Shown here: positions 8,850-20,000 of the stretch, one piece after another
Position numbering within the stretch: position 1 is the first letter of the stretch
Layout of the letters: each line of letters starts with the position of its first letter
Origin: Lentisphaeria bacterium
GTDB lineage: Bacteria > Verrucomicrobiota > Lentisphaeria > JABSQK01 > JAWLHB01
Direction: 5' to 3'
DNA: 64,000 nucleotides
NCBI GenBank assembly: GCA_041690595.1
Contig: JAWLHB010000040.1
Span: forward strand, 1 to 64,000
Program-made: the position numbers and the translations under genes
The notes under the pieces: generated by a model
Told to the model about the DNA's origin: nothing
What the model saw: only the letters and a program-made list of their open reading frames with translations
Databases searched by the model: none

Positions 8850-10937
8850 TCACAGACCGTCTCTCATTCTCGTCACCATTTCCTGGCGGATGTCCATGCT
8901 CAGGTTGTTGAAGTATTCACTGTAGCCGCCAATGCGCACGATCAGCTCGCGATGCTCTTCCGGGCGCTGCAGTGCCTGAGCCAGGGTGTCGGCGGTAATG
9001 CCGTTGATCTGGATCTGCAGGCCGCCGAGTGCAAAATAGGTCTGGATGAGCGCCTGCGTCTGACGCTTGGCGGCGATGTCCCGCAACAGGTTGGCGGGCA
9101 TGGAGATGTCCAGCGCCTGGCCGCCGAAGTAGTCTTTCTGGTCGATAGCGGCAGCGGATCGCACAAGCGCCGTCACCCCCTCAATGGCGTTGCCGGGACT
9201 GGTGCCGATATTCTTGGCCAAAGGGGCTCCCGCGAATCGACCATCGAGCGAGGCGGCGAATTTCCTGCCAGCGCCGACGTGGGCGTTGAGGGTATGGAAG
9301 GAAGGCGCGAAAAGGATGCCATCCGTGGAGCGATGGCGAACCATTCGCTGGAATTTGTCCGCCAGCATAGCCACCATGGCGTCGGCTTGCTCGTCGCCAT
9401 TGCCGAACTTCCGCAGGGCACGGATGGCTGCCAGGATTTCTCCATGGTGGCGAAAGTTGTCCTTGGCGGCGGTCACCATCTCGGCGAGGGTGAAGCGGCG
9501 TTGTTCAAAGACCAGTCGGTCGATGGCCAGCAGGGCGTCAGCGGCGTTGACCAGTCCGAAGGCCTCGACGATGGCGATGTGATAGGCGGCGCCGCCGTCG
9601 AGACGATCGCGCCCGCGTTCGGCGCAGTTTCTCAGTAGCGCCGACACGTAAGGATTAGGGCGTTCCAAGCGGTTCTTGGCGGTCTGCCGCAAGCACGCCT
9701 GTAGACAGTATTCGGCGATTTCAGCGAGATAAGCCAGGAACTGCTTCTTCAACTCCGCGAAGGATGCAAACGCGGTCACGGGCGGCGTGGATAAGCGTAT
9801 GGGCAGCTCGCCGCAAAACGGTTGCCCACGATTGATGGCCAGCTCGAGCGGGAGAAGAAAAGTGACCACGGCACCCCACATGTTGCTCACTTCACAGCCT
9901 TCGACGACCAGGCCCATACAACTGTTGGCGGCCCAGTCGGCAAGTGCCGATTCCGGCACCCCGCGTTCGCGCAAGGCGGAGCGGCAGGAATGCTCCCCGT
10001 AGAACGTGGGTTGACCCATGGCGAATAAATCGTGATCGGTCAGCTCGTCGAAGAGGTCTTGCGGAAACTGCGGGTGAATCCTGGCCGCCAGAATCGGAGC
10101 CGGCCGCTTCTCCCGTTTTACCACGCGGACGATCATCCGGGTCAGGTCGTTGCAGAGGTCGCGGCCGTCGGCGGAGAGGCCACCGAGGTTGATAGCGCAG
10201 GCGGCATCGCCGTAGCGATTCAGCTTGTCAACCAAAGCGGCGAAGAGGACTTCGAGTTCTTCTTCACGGCAGCCCGCTTCCAGACTTTGCCGGTAATATG
10301 GATAGGCGTACTGGTCAAAGCGCCCGAGGGACAGGGAAGAATCACTATATTCGGAAACACCGACAAGGAGGTGGGCCAGCCACAGGCACTGAAGCGCCTC
10401 GCGGAAATCGCGTGCTGGATGCCACGGAACCCGGCGGCAGGTTGCCGCCAGCTCCGACGCCCCCGAAGCATCCAGTATGATAGCATGGCGTTCGGCGAAA
10501 CCCGCCAGTGCCTTCAACACGATCGTCATGGCTTGGTGGTGATCGTTTCCGTATTCCGCGGCTTGGTCTATGAGACCGGCGACGCCGCGGCGCAGCAAAC
10601 TGGCATAATCCAGGCAGGTATGAGCCGGCGAGTAGCCCCCAAAGCAGTGAAAAAGCTGCTGCAGGCGGGATTCCGCCGTCATGGCGGCAGACGAAGCGGA
10701 CGGGTTGGCTGCTTCGGCGGGAAATCGCTGATCCAGGGCTCCGGCATCGGCATCGCGCCAGCCGAAATCCCCTGCCAGCAGATCACCGGCGAGATGGAAG
10801 ATCGGCAGATTGTCGAGGATGTACGCAAAAACCCGCGCCTCCCGGAGGGCAGACGACACGGTGGCGATACTCGCGTCGGTCAACGCCTCTTCCCGCAGCC
10901 GACAAACGATCTGTCGATTCTTGTCGCGAGTATTCAT
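8850..10937 (-). CDS. Glycyl-radical enzyme (pyruvate formate-lyase family), unknown substrate
   Basis: SLGRFDQYAYPYY, KFGNGD, QIQIN, C-terminal IVRIGGYSEYF glycyl-radical motif, Cys loop NSCMG. Start uncertain (10937 or 10955). Confidence 0.85.
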   Translation of the reverse strand: MNTRDKNRQIVCRLREEALTDASIATVSSALREARVFAYILDNLPIFHLAGDLLAGDFGWRDADAGALDQRFPAEAANPSASSAAMTAESRLQQLFHCFGGYSPAHTCLDYASLLRRGVAGLIDQAAEYGNDHHQAMTIVLKALAGFAERHAIILDASGASELAATCRRVPWHPARDFREALQCLWLAHLLVGVSEYSDSSLSLGRFDQYAYPYYRQSLEAGCREEELEVLFAALVDKLNRYGDAACAINLGGLSADGRDLCNDLTRMIVRVVKREKRPAPILAARIHPQFPQDLFDELTDHDLFAMGQPTFYGEHSCRSALRERGVPESALADWAANSCMGLVVEGCEVSNMWGAVVTFLLPLELAINRGQPFCGELPIRLSTPPVTAFASFAELKKQFLAYLAEIAEYCLQACLRQTAKNRLERPNPYVSALLRNCAERGRDRLDGGAAYHIAIVEAFGLVNAADALLAIDRLVFEQRRFTLAEMVTAAKDNFRHHGEILAAIRALRKFGNGDEQADAMVAMLADKFQRMVRHRSTDGILFAPSFHTLNAHVGAGRKFAASLDGRFAGAPLAKNIGTSPGNAIEGVTALVRSAAAIDQKDYFGGQALDISMPANLLRDIAAKRQTQALIQTYFALGGLQIQINGITADTLAQALQRPEEHRELIVRIGGYSEYFNNLSMDIRQEMVTRMRDGL

Positions 10938-11199
10938 ACAGGCAATCGCCTCCATTTTTGCGTTGGCCCCCCTGATGCAAACGAAGGGTACTATGGAGTG
11001 CAGAAGCGGATTGTCGACTTGGTTCCGCCGAATCATAGCCCATGGGAAAAGAGTCGTCGAGGATCGTGTGACCTGAAGCACGGATGACAGAGGTGCCTCA
11101 CTCTGCCTCATCCCTGTCAATCGGTCCATACCGTCCATTCACCTCCGCCTGACGCCCGGTGTGGTAGCGAAAACGGCTTTTGCATCGTACAGTCTCTCC

Positions 11200-11760
11200 A
11201 TGAGACTCCTCTTACGCCTGATCTTCAATATCGCGGTGACCGCCCTGCTGACGGCGACAATGAGCTGGGTGACGCTGAAAGTGCTCAGCGCCATCGCCGG
11301 CGGCGATCCACCGGCGTGGTCCGCATACCTGCTGGCCTTGCTGGCGGGAGCCATCCCCGGCTTCGCCATCGCCAAAGCCTACAAAGCGCCCTCCTTCTAC
11401 CTCGGCGGTTGCCTTGGCGCCGGTGCGGTGGCCGGCTACGGAGGGGATCCGCTGCTTGCATTGCTCGCCGCCATCGGCATCATCGCCGGGCACCTCTTCG
11501 GACTCAAGGTTCAGCGCAAGCTCAACCCAGCGCCACTTCCCGAACCGACCGCGGCGCCCGAAAGCGGCCTCACCTTTGCGGAAGCCGAAGCCTGCGCCCA
11601 CAGCGAAGCCATCGGCGAGCTGACGGTGGAGCCGGACGAAATCAGCTATCTCGCCTGGGATGAGCAGCGGCAGTGCCAGTGCCGGGTCTTCTTCCACTTC
11701 GCCGATGCCGAGCGGGCCGAACGCCTCAGCAGCCCGCTGACACCGTCAGACCAAAGCTGA
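11200..11760 (+). CDS. Hypothetical membrane protein
   Basis: Several hydrophobic Gly/Ala-rich helices followed by a polar C-terminal domain. Codon usage matches neighbours. Confidence 0.6.
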   Translation: MRLLLRLIFNIAVTALLTATMSWVTLKVLSAIAGGDPPAWSAYLLALLAGAIPGFAIAKAYKAPSFYLGGCLGAGAVAGYGGDPLLALLAAIGIIAGHLFGLKVQRKLNPAPLPEPTAAPESGLTFAEAEACAHSEAIGELTVEPDEISYLAWDEQRQCQCRVFFHFADAERAERLSSPLTPSDQS

Positions 11761-11889
11761 TTATCCTCAAACGACGGCGCCCACGAGAATAAAAGGCGAC
11801 ATCCGCGACCCTCCCCTATGGAAAGATTCGCGCGCGCGGCGATAGTAGCTCCTTCATCTTTTACACCACTCGCAATCCGGAGAGAGCGC

Positions 11890-13296
11890 ATGCGTAAATC
11901 CAAGCAGGAAATCGGCGTCATCATCGAGTCAGGCGCTTCCGACTGGCAGATCTTCCAGCAGAATGCCGCCGGCGTCGCCACCATTCGTCTTACCGGCCGC
12001 TGGCTGACCCAGACTGCCAGCAGCCAGAGCCGCGTCTACGTCCGCCTGCTCAACGAAAGCGACTATACCGAGCCTTCCCTCTCTCTGAACTGGCGACTGG
12101 CGGAAACTGGCGTCGACGGCACCTGGTCGGCCGACCTCCCCGACGTCCCGCGCGGAGGTCTCTATCGCATCGAGACCGGCCTTCGCCATGACGATGCGCC
12201 CATCGAATGGATCCAGCGCGGCGACATGGTCCATCATCTCGGCGTCGGGGACATCTGGATGATCACCGGTCAGAGCAATTCTTCCGGCTATGGCAAGACT
12301 CCCGCCCACGATCCGCCCGAGCTCGGCATTCACATGTTCCATGCCTGCGGCGAATGGCGCCTGGCCACGCACCCCCTCTCCGATTCGACCAGCTCCCAAT
12401 ATGTCGCCAATCGCGAGAATGCCAACGGCTCTCACGCCCCCTGGCTCGCCTTCGCCCGCAAGCTGAAGGAGGTTCTCGGCTACCCGATCGGGCTCATTCC
12501 CGCGGCTCTCGGCGGTTCACCGTTGCAGGCGTGGGCGCGCTCCGGCGGCGGTCACCTGTTCGACAACATGCTCGGTTATTTCCAGGACTCCGGTGCCTCC
12601 TCCTGCCGGGGCGCCGTCTGGTATCAGGGAGAATCCGATACCTCTCCGGAACTGCGCGCCATCTATGCCGAGCGCTTTCGCGAGTTCCACACCGACCTGC
12701 GTCGCGAGCTGCGCAATCCCGATCTCCACATCATCACCGTTCAGCTCAACCGTTACATCGGCGAAGACGTCGACAAACCGGTGCATGCCAACTGGGACGC
12801 CATGCGCGAACTGCAGCGCCACATCGCCCGCACCACGCCCGGCGTCTCCATCATCAGCACCCTCGACCTCGGCCTCTCTGATGGCATCCACAACGATTCA
12901 TCGGGAAATCTCACGATCGGGCAGCGTTGCGCTGCCGCCGCACTCGGCGCCGTCTACGGCTACGACATCAAGTACCGCCACCCCGATCTCGAAGAGATCC
13001 ACCGCATCGACGACCAGACGCTTGACCTGCATTTTGCCAACGTCGACACACGCCTCCACTACGAGTCACGCCTCCGTTCCCAGTTGCCCTTTGCCGTCAG
13101 CGACAGCCTGGGCCCGGTCGAGATTGCCGATTACGAGCTTACCGGTTCCGCCATCTTCCGACTACGCCTTGCCCGCCCGCTGCAGGGTGCGGCAACCGTG
13201 ACTGGCGCTCCCGGCGCCTGCCCGCCCAGCGTGGTGCCCTTCGATATCTGCGGCTATCGCCCGATGCTCGCCTTCACCAGCAGCACGGCGCAATAG
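11890..13296 (+). CDS. Sialate O-acetylesterase-like carbohydrate esterase (SASA/SGNH)
   Basis: VGDIWMITGQSNS, WYQGESD, DGIH catalytic motifs. Confidence 0.88.
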   Translation: MRKSKQEIGVIIESGASDWQIFQQNAAGVATIRLTGRWLTQTASSQSRVYVRLLNESDYTEPSLSLNWRLAETGVDGTWSADLPDVPRGGLYRIETGLRHDDAPIEWIQRGDMVHHLGVGDIWMITGQSNSSGYGKTPAHDPPELGIHMFHACGEWRLATHPLSDSTSSQYVANRENANGSHAPWLAFARKLKEVLGYPIGLIPAALGGSPLQAWARSGGGHLFDNMLGYFQDSGASSCRGAVWYQGESDTSPELRAIYAERFREFHTDLRRELRNPDLHIITVQLNRYIGEDVDKPVHANWDAMRELQRHIARTTPGVSIISTLDLGLSDGIHNDSSGNLTIGQRCAAAALGAVYGYDIKYRHPDLEEIHRIDDQTLDLHFANVDTRLHYESRLRSQLPFAVSDSLGPVEIADYELTGSAIFRLRLARPLQGAATVTGAPGACPPSVVPFDICGYRPMLAFTSSTAQ

Positions 13297-13297
13297 C

Positions 13298-14035
13298 TCA
13301 CTCTTCGGCCGCTGCCGTGGTCGCGACCTTCTCCGGCCACGGTGAGCGGCGCGAAAGTTCGCACAGGGCCGCGCTCAAGGCGCAGCTCACATTCAGGGAG
13401 TCGACGCGACCGCGCATCGGGATGTGAACCAGTTGATCCGCCTGACGCTGAATCAGGTGGCGCACGCCCTTGTCCTCTGCCCCGATGACCAGGCAGAGCT
13501 TCTCCGGGACCTCGCAGGTGTAGATATCACTCTCCGTACGCGCATGCATCGCGTAGATCGCATACCCTTCATCCTTGAGCCGGCGCACGGCCTGATTCAG
13601 GTTGGCATGGTAGATGTGCACGTGAAAGATGGCGCCCGCCGATACCTTGATGACCGCGGGAGTGATGCCGCTGGAGTTGCCCTTGTGGTAGATGATGCGA
13701 TTGAAGCCGAAGACTTCGCACACCCGCAGAGCCGCCCCAAAGTTGTGCGGATCCATTATGCCGTCGAAAATGATAACGCGCGGCCCCAACTCCGGAGGAT
13801 CCGGCAACGGCTCTTCCATCGCCCCGACCCGCGCACAGACGCCCTGATGATTGCCGCCATCCGCCAGATCGTCGAGGCGGTCGCGCCATTCGAAGGGGAT
13901 ACCGTGTTGTTCCGCCAGACGCACCAGCGAAGTGAGGCGCCGATTGTCTTCCTTGCCAGTCGCGAAATAGAGCCGCTCCGGGGGCGTCTTTGAGCGTATG
14001 GCTTCGAACATGGGATTGATGCCGTAGAATATCAT
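13298..14035 (-). CDS. rlmB: 23S rRNA (Gm2251) 2'-O-methyltransferase, SpoU/TrmH family
   Basis: IFYGINP, NHQGV, DGIMDPHNFGA, KVSAGA, VIGAEDKG, IPMRGRVDSLNVS. Confidence 0.85.
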   Translation of the reverse strand: MIFYGINPMFEAIRSKTPPERLYFATGKEDNRRLTSLVRLAEQHGIPFEWRDRLDDLADGGNHQGVCARVGAMEEPLPDPPELGPRVIIFDGIMDPHNFGAALRVCEVFGFNRIIYHKGNSSGITPAVIKVSAGAIFHVHIYHANLNQAVRRLKDEGYAIYAMHARTESDIYTCEVPEKLCLVIGAEDKGVRHLIQRQADQLVHIPMRGRVDSLNVSCALSAALCELSRRSPWPEKVATTAAAEE

Positions 14036-14071
14036 GGGGCTCCAGATTGATGAGATGAGCTGGCGCGGCTC

Positions 14072-17000
14072 TTACTTGAGCAGGGCGGCTTCTTCAGTAG
14101 GTGAAAGAAGGTCGGCGATCGGCGCGGGGAATCGCAAGGGAACGGAAAGATTGCCGGCCTTGTCGCGGGCCTGGATCAGCAGCCAACCGCCCTCTTTCCA
14201 GGGTATCTGCAAATCGGCAAAGGCTGCCTTCGGCTGCTCGAGCTTGCCCGTGGCCACCTCTTTCTCCGCCGAATCCAAGTACGTCCACAGGTAATCGGCA
14301 ACGCCACTCGCATCGTACGCGTCCAGAATGACCGTGTTGCCGGTACGCCAGGGAGTGTAAACGAACATGCTCTGCAAGTCAAGCGCTTCGCTGTTCTGCG
14401 CGGCGCTGCGAGAGATCACCAGCGTCTTGACCACCAGCAGGTCGGCTATCTTGCTGCCCCATTTCTTCCGCGCCACCGCGTGCAGGTTGAAGTTGACCGA
14501 GATCCACTTGTTCGACGCGAAGACCGGTGGTTTTTCCAGCTCGATGTTGTTGCCGCCCCGGGCCGGTCGGGTCAACGGCAGAACCAGCCGCCGATCATCG
14601 GTAAATGTAATCACGATATTGACCTGCGTCGGCTTATCATTGCGCACCTCGGGCTGGCGGAGGCGCATGGCGACATGGGTGAAGAGCGCCAGATCCCAAT
14701 GCTTTGGCTCGTACGAGAGCGAACCATTGGCGCCATACGTATGGGTGCGCAGGTACGGCTCCTCGCCGCGAACGTGCTGCACCGCCAGGGCGTTCCCACG
14801 TGCGGCCTCCAGATAGTTGCCCTTGCGCGAACGCCCCTCCCATGCTGTCGACATGAGAATGTTCTTCGGCAGCTTGGCGGGCAGCCAGGCCGGCCCGACC
14901 TTATCGCTCGCATGATCCACCTTGATCGGCACCGTCATCGCGGGAGAAGCGTTCCCTGCTCCATCGCGGATACCATCTATCACCAGATCGAAGCTTTCCC
15001 CGTCCTTCATGCCATTGAAGCGATCGCGAAAAAGAAACGGATGGTCGAGCGTCAACAGCTGCAGGTCCGGTCGATGGGTGAAGGTGGCCAAGGGCGAGCG
15101 GGCATCAACCGCCTTGCCATCTACCTTGAAGGTGAGCGACCGTGGATCGAGCGGCGCCAGATCGTTCGTCTTGAAGGTCACCATCAGGGCCGTGCCATTG
15201 CCTACCGGATCATTCCAAGCGCCGATCACCTGGCTCGCCGTCAGTGGGCTGTTGTCATAACAGAAAGGCAAATCCGTAACCTGCGCGCGGACACCACGTC
15301 CATCCATGGCGGTCAGCAACAGATGCGCAATCCCAGCTTCGAGCCCGCTCAATTCCGGCGTGAAGGATTCTCCGTTCGGTATCGTCTGCCACTGCACCAT
15401 CTCCCGTTCCTCCAAGCTCCGCGCATGATACGGCTTCGGCCCGGGAAGAATCGCGACCGAGACCTGCTTGACGAAATCATAGCCGCCATAGGTGGGCGTT
15501 ATGGTCAACTGCTCGTTCTTCGACACGGCCGGCCCAAGTACAATGTCATCATAGTCCAGCGACGAAAATTTGCCGGTCTGGTCTTCCGTGGAGAAGGAAG
15601 CAAAGCTCAGCGACGGGGAAGAAAGCAGGTCGACACTGTAGGGTTCGCGGGCGGGGACATCACTGAGCATGCCCAGCCAGGAGTGCCACTGATCATCCGT
15701 CTGCAAGGCTTCACCATAGCGGACTGCGTGCGCGGTATACTGCGTACCGCCATGATTGGCCTGAAAGCGTCGCTCACCGAGATCGACATAGAAGAAGGTA
15801 CCATAGTTGATGCTGACCACTGCCTGCTCGCTGGCGCGGTAGCGATACTGCAGCAGGGGATGGCTGTAGATATTGAAAGGCTTGTTAATTGCCAACTGAA
15901 GCCGCTGGCCGATAGCCGTATTGCGGGTGTGCAGAAAGCTCCCCTGCTCCTTGTCCAGATGGCCGAGATTGATAGTCGTCGCCCCCGTGAAGATGCCCCG
16001 GTCGAGCTGCTTGTCCTCGAAGTTGGCAAATAAGCCGAAGGGTCCCTTGAGGGAGAGCAGCATGGGCGGCGCATGGCCTGGAGTGCCGTCCTCCGGCTGG
16101 CTCCCCGCCGGCATCGCGGCGGCATTCATGGTCTTGCTGAAGGTGTAATCGCCGGCGCGCACCGTGACCTCGAGCGTTCTGCCTTCTTCGCGGGCTCCGG
16201 TTGGCGGCGGCAGAAGCGCAAGCCTGGCGAAGGGCGAACGCGCCTGCAACGGCATGACCGCCCCATTGACCTCGAGTGACGCCGCGGGAAAGCGTGGATC
16301 CGCGTATGGAGCCAGCGCCTGAAGCTTCAGCGTGTTCGGCTGCTGATCGTCCCAGACGCAGGCGATCTCCGGCTGCTCTGGAAGCTGGATCCACGACAGC
16401 AGCGTCTCGACGTCCTTCCCCCCGCGACCGATCGCTCGCAAGGTCACCTGCTGCAAGCCGTCATACCGCTGGAGCTCCAGCCACCGCTCCATCGGGGCCA
16501 GGCTGCTGCTTTCCGTCAACACGTTGCGATTGCCGTCCAGCAGAAGATAACGGCTGAAGAGATCCGTTTCAGGGCGCAGAGCAAGGCGCGGCGGAGAGTA
16601 GCGGACGGGGGCGAAATCGCGCACCGCATAGGCAGCCCCCGGCTGATTCCCGCGCAGCCCCGTCTGCACCAGGCTCGGCTGCAAAGCCCCGAATCCATCG
16701 ATGCGAATATACAACTCGCGCGGATGCTCGTGCTCCGTAAGGAGGCGGTTGATAGCGTCGATCAACTCCTTCTCGTCATCCTTTGCCAGGGCAAGCGGCG
16801 TGGGTTCAGGCACCTGCAAGGTGGCGATCTCGCCGTGCGGCAACCAGGCGGTAACCCTCACCCAGTCCCCATGGCGATACCAATCCCTCTCCTGCCGGGT
16901 AATGGGCGCTACCAATGTCTCGCCATGCTTCTGAAAGACCGCATCCTCGAACGCTTCGCCCGCCAGGTGGTGATAGAAATGCCGCAACGGCGTGAAGTCA

Positions 17001-20000
17001 TACGCCAGCTCCTTGCCGTCTTCGCTCCTCGGCTTCATGTAACCGACCGAATAATGCAGATTCACCAACGCCCCAGGCGTGCGCTTGAAGTCAAAACTCC
17101 AGCCCGCCAGATCCCCCACCGGCCGAGCAACCTGCTGCCCCGTCTGCATGGTGCCGCCGCCAAGAGTATTGGTGGTGACGAAATAGGGCGTACGGCGATT
17201 CTCCAAATGCCAGCTCACCGTACTGTGACCGACGGCATCCTCGGCCGACCACTCGCTCGGGAGCATCATGCTGGCCGCGCGATCATGATTGAGGATCGCG
17301 GCAAACGATGCTTCGTCGACCTCGTTTACCGGCGCCGCATGGTACGGGCCATCCTTCAACGGCGCCGGCCGGAAGACGATCGGACGCGGCTCGATCTTCT
17401 CGGCGGTCACCCGAACGCGGGCGATCATCATCGACGCGCGATACGTCCACAGCCCCAACGAACCTGCTGGAATGGGATCCGGATCTTCATAGCGGAATAC
17501 CTGATCGTTGTCAAACGAATACTCCACGATATTGCCGATCCGCCGCACCTTGAGATAGTACCACGCGCCATGGATCGGGCGTCCCGTTGCCTCCAGCGCA
17601 TGCATCTTCGCGCGATCGTTCCCCTGCCGGCGTCGCGGCGCCAGGTATTTGTCCGACCGATCGATTAGCTCCCCATTCCGATAGAGATAGCTCCACAACT
17701 GCGACTCGTTGGGATCCCAGCCGGTCGTCACGATGCTGTAGCCACTCCCCGCGCTGCTCTCCTGGTTCATGATGGTGATGTTCAGATCGCCGGCACGCTG
17801 ATACCACCCGTGCCGAACGCCCGCGTACATCTCTACCGAAAAATCGCCGCTGAAGACGTACTTGCCCCAAAGTGCCGCCAAATCGTCTCCGTTCTCCCCA
17901 TTGAAGTGAGACCAGCGCGGATCGCACTGAAAGCGATTGATGATCTGCCAGCGCCCGCCGTTCACCGTCCAGTCGTGCGGCGCCTGACTGAAGAGATAGT
18001 CCTTCTGGTTGAAGATTACCACATGACTGTACATCAGGTGATCGTAGTTCAGACCGCCAAGCCGCATCCGCCGCCCCTGTAGCGCCTCACCGAAATGCGC
18101 CTTCTCCAGCAGCTTCCCGTCGGCATCCGTCAGCCACAGCCAACCATCCTCGACATGGATGCCGTACGCAGCCTTCAGCCGCGCGGCCGCGACCGCGTTC
18201 GCCGGATCCTGGCGGGAGACCGCGATCAACTCATCGATCTCCTTCACGCTCTTCGGCAGCTGCGCCACCACGATCGGCGCCGCGCCCGCTTCCGCGTTCC
18301 CGTACCGCACCGTCAGGCTGTGCCCCTTCGCCGTGAGGACCAGCGCCCCCGTGCTGCTCCCCTCGGCCACGCCAAGATGAACTTCCGAGCCGGAGACATA
18401 CGGCATGTAAAGCTCGAAACGGTCGAAGAAGTCTCCCTTGTGCCACATGATGCCCTTGTCATCCGTGACCCACTGCCCCTCCGGCGACGACCAGTGTCGC
18501 ATGTACGGGTCCGTCACATAGATCTGGTTCTTCTCCTGCTTGCTGTGATGCAACTCCTGGCGCTCACCCCGTACCTCCAGATTCGAGACATGCACCCGCG
18601 TCTCGGCGCCGACATACACCCCGCTGGCACCGCCCAACTCCTGCTCGGGATAGTGGATGAGCACCAACTCGTCGTCGCGATAGAGGCGCAACTGCCGCGG
18701 TATCGTGGGATCCACCATCAGCGTGACTGCCGTGGCCGGCAACGCCTCCCCGGCAACGGGCAGATGCAGCCGCTCCAGCGTCCGCGACTCAGTGCCCTTC
18801 ACCTCCTCCAGCAGAAAGCTCTCCCCAACTTCACTCAGTCGTCGCACAAAGCGCAGATAGGGCTGCTCAGCGCCACGGTACGCGGTAAGCAAACCGTACT
18901 CGCCATGCCCCTCCTTCTGGCTGAACCGCGTCTGAACGACACGCGGCTCCTGGGAAAGACTGCCCACCAGCAACCCTTTCTCCTCGCCGGAGACGCGGGG
19001 CACGATGCCGCAACTCCGCTCACCCGCCGGTCCCCACTCACCCTGCAACGGATAGAAATCACCCATAATCGCGCTCGTGTGGAAGCGTACATCCTCTCCC
19101 GTTTCGAGAGGCAGGTGGGTCACCGAATCAACCGCTACGTCATCGAATCGAATACTCTCGTCGGCGCTCACCGTGAGGCCAAATTTGCCGCCGACCGGGA
19201 GCGCTTCCTTCACCTCGAAGAGGAGCGTATTGTCAAGATAGCCGGCTATCCGTCCATGGTGTATCTCGACGCGTGGCATCACCCACTGTCCGGAAGTCAT
19301 CTCCACTTCGACAGCCGCCAGAACGGTTCGTCTCGGTACTCTGGTGGAGCTGTGACGGCGCAGTCGCACCAGAACCGTGTTGTTCCGGACCTCCGGCACC
19401 GTGAGGGCCATTTCATAGTAATCGCGCGGCCCCTGGTAATAGAAGACAAGCCCCATTTCGCCCGCGTCCAGGCGCATTGAGGCCTCGAGCCGATAATCGT
19501 CCAGGAAAGCATAGCCGCTGGTGATGATGCCGCCCTCGCCCTGGCCGTTCAAGCAGTAGAAATTGGCGCTTCGCTCGGCCTCCAGCGGGCGGGACGTCAG
19601 CACCGTCGAACTCTTCTGCTCGAGCGCATCGTCCAGCGCACTGTGGATATACCATGTCCCGCTCTCCGGCTTCCAGGGACCTAGCTGATTCTTCTCTTCC
19701 TCAGGGATCAGAAAATCGGCCGCGAAATGGTAGCTGTCTACCTTCTGAAAGCGCGCGGGATGTCCGGCAAGGAGGCAACTCGCCGGCAGCGCCACCGTGA
19801 ATGGAGCCGACATGGGCGCCGGCAGCGACATGACCGGATAATCATTCACGTACACCGTCCAGACGCCGGGGCGCACCTTCAGCACCAGGCGGGCATCCCC
19901 AAGTGCTGCTTTCGGCAGCCCTCCTGCCGCATACCGCGCATACTCCACGGGCCGCTCACCCACACGGGCGCGGGAGCCCCGCAACCCCAGCAATCTGCCC

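Noticed and set aside
9786..9794. DnaA-box-like CGTGGATAA
   Set aside because: Single mismatched copy inside a CDS, far from the skew switch.
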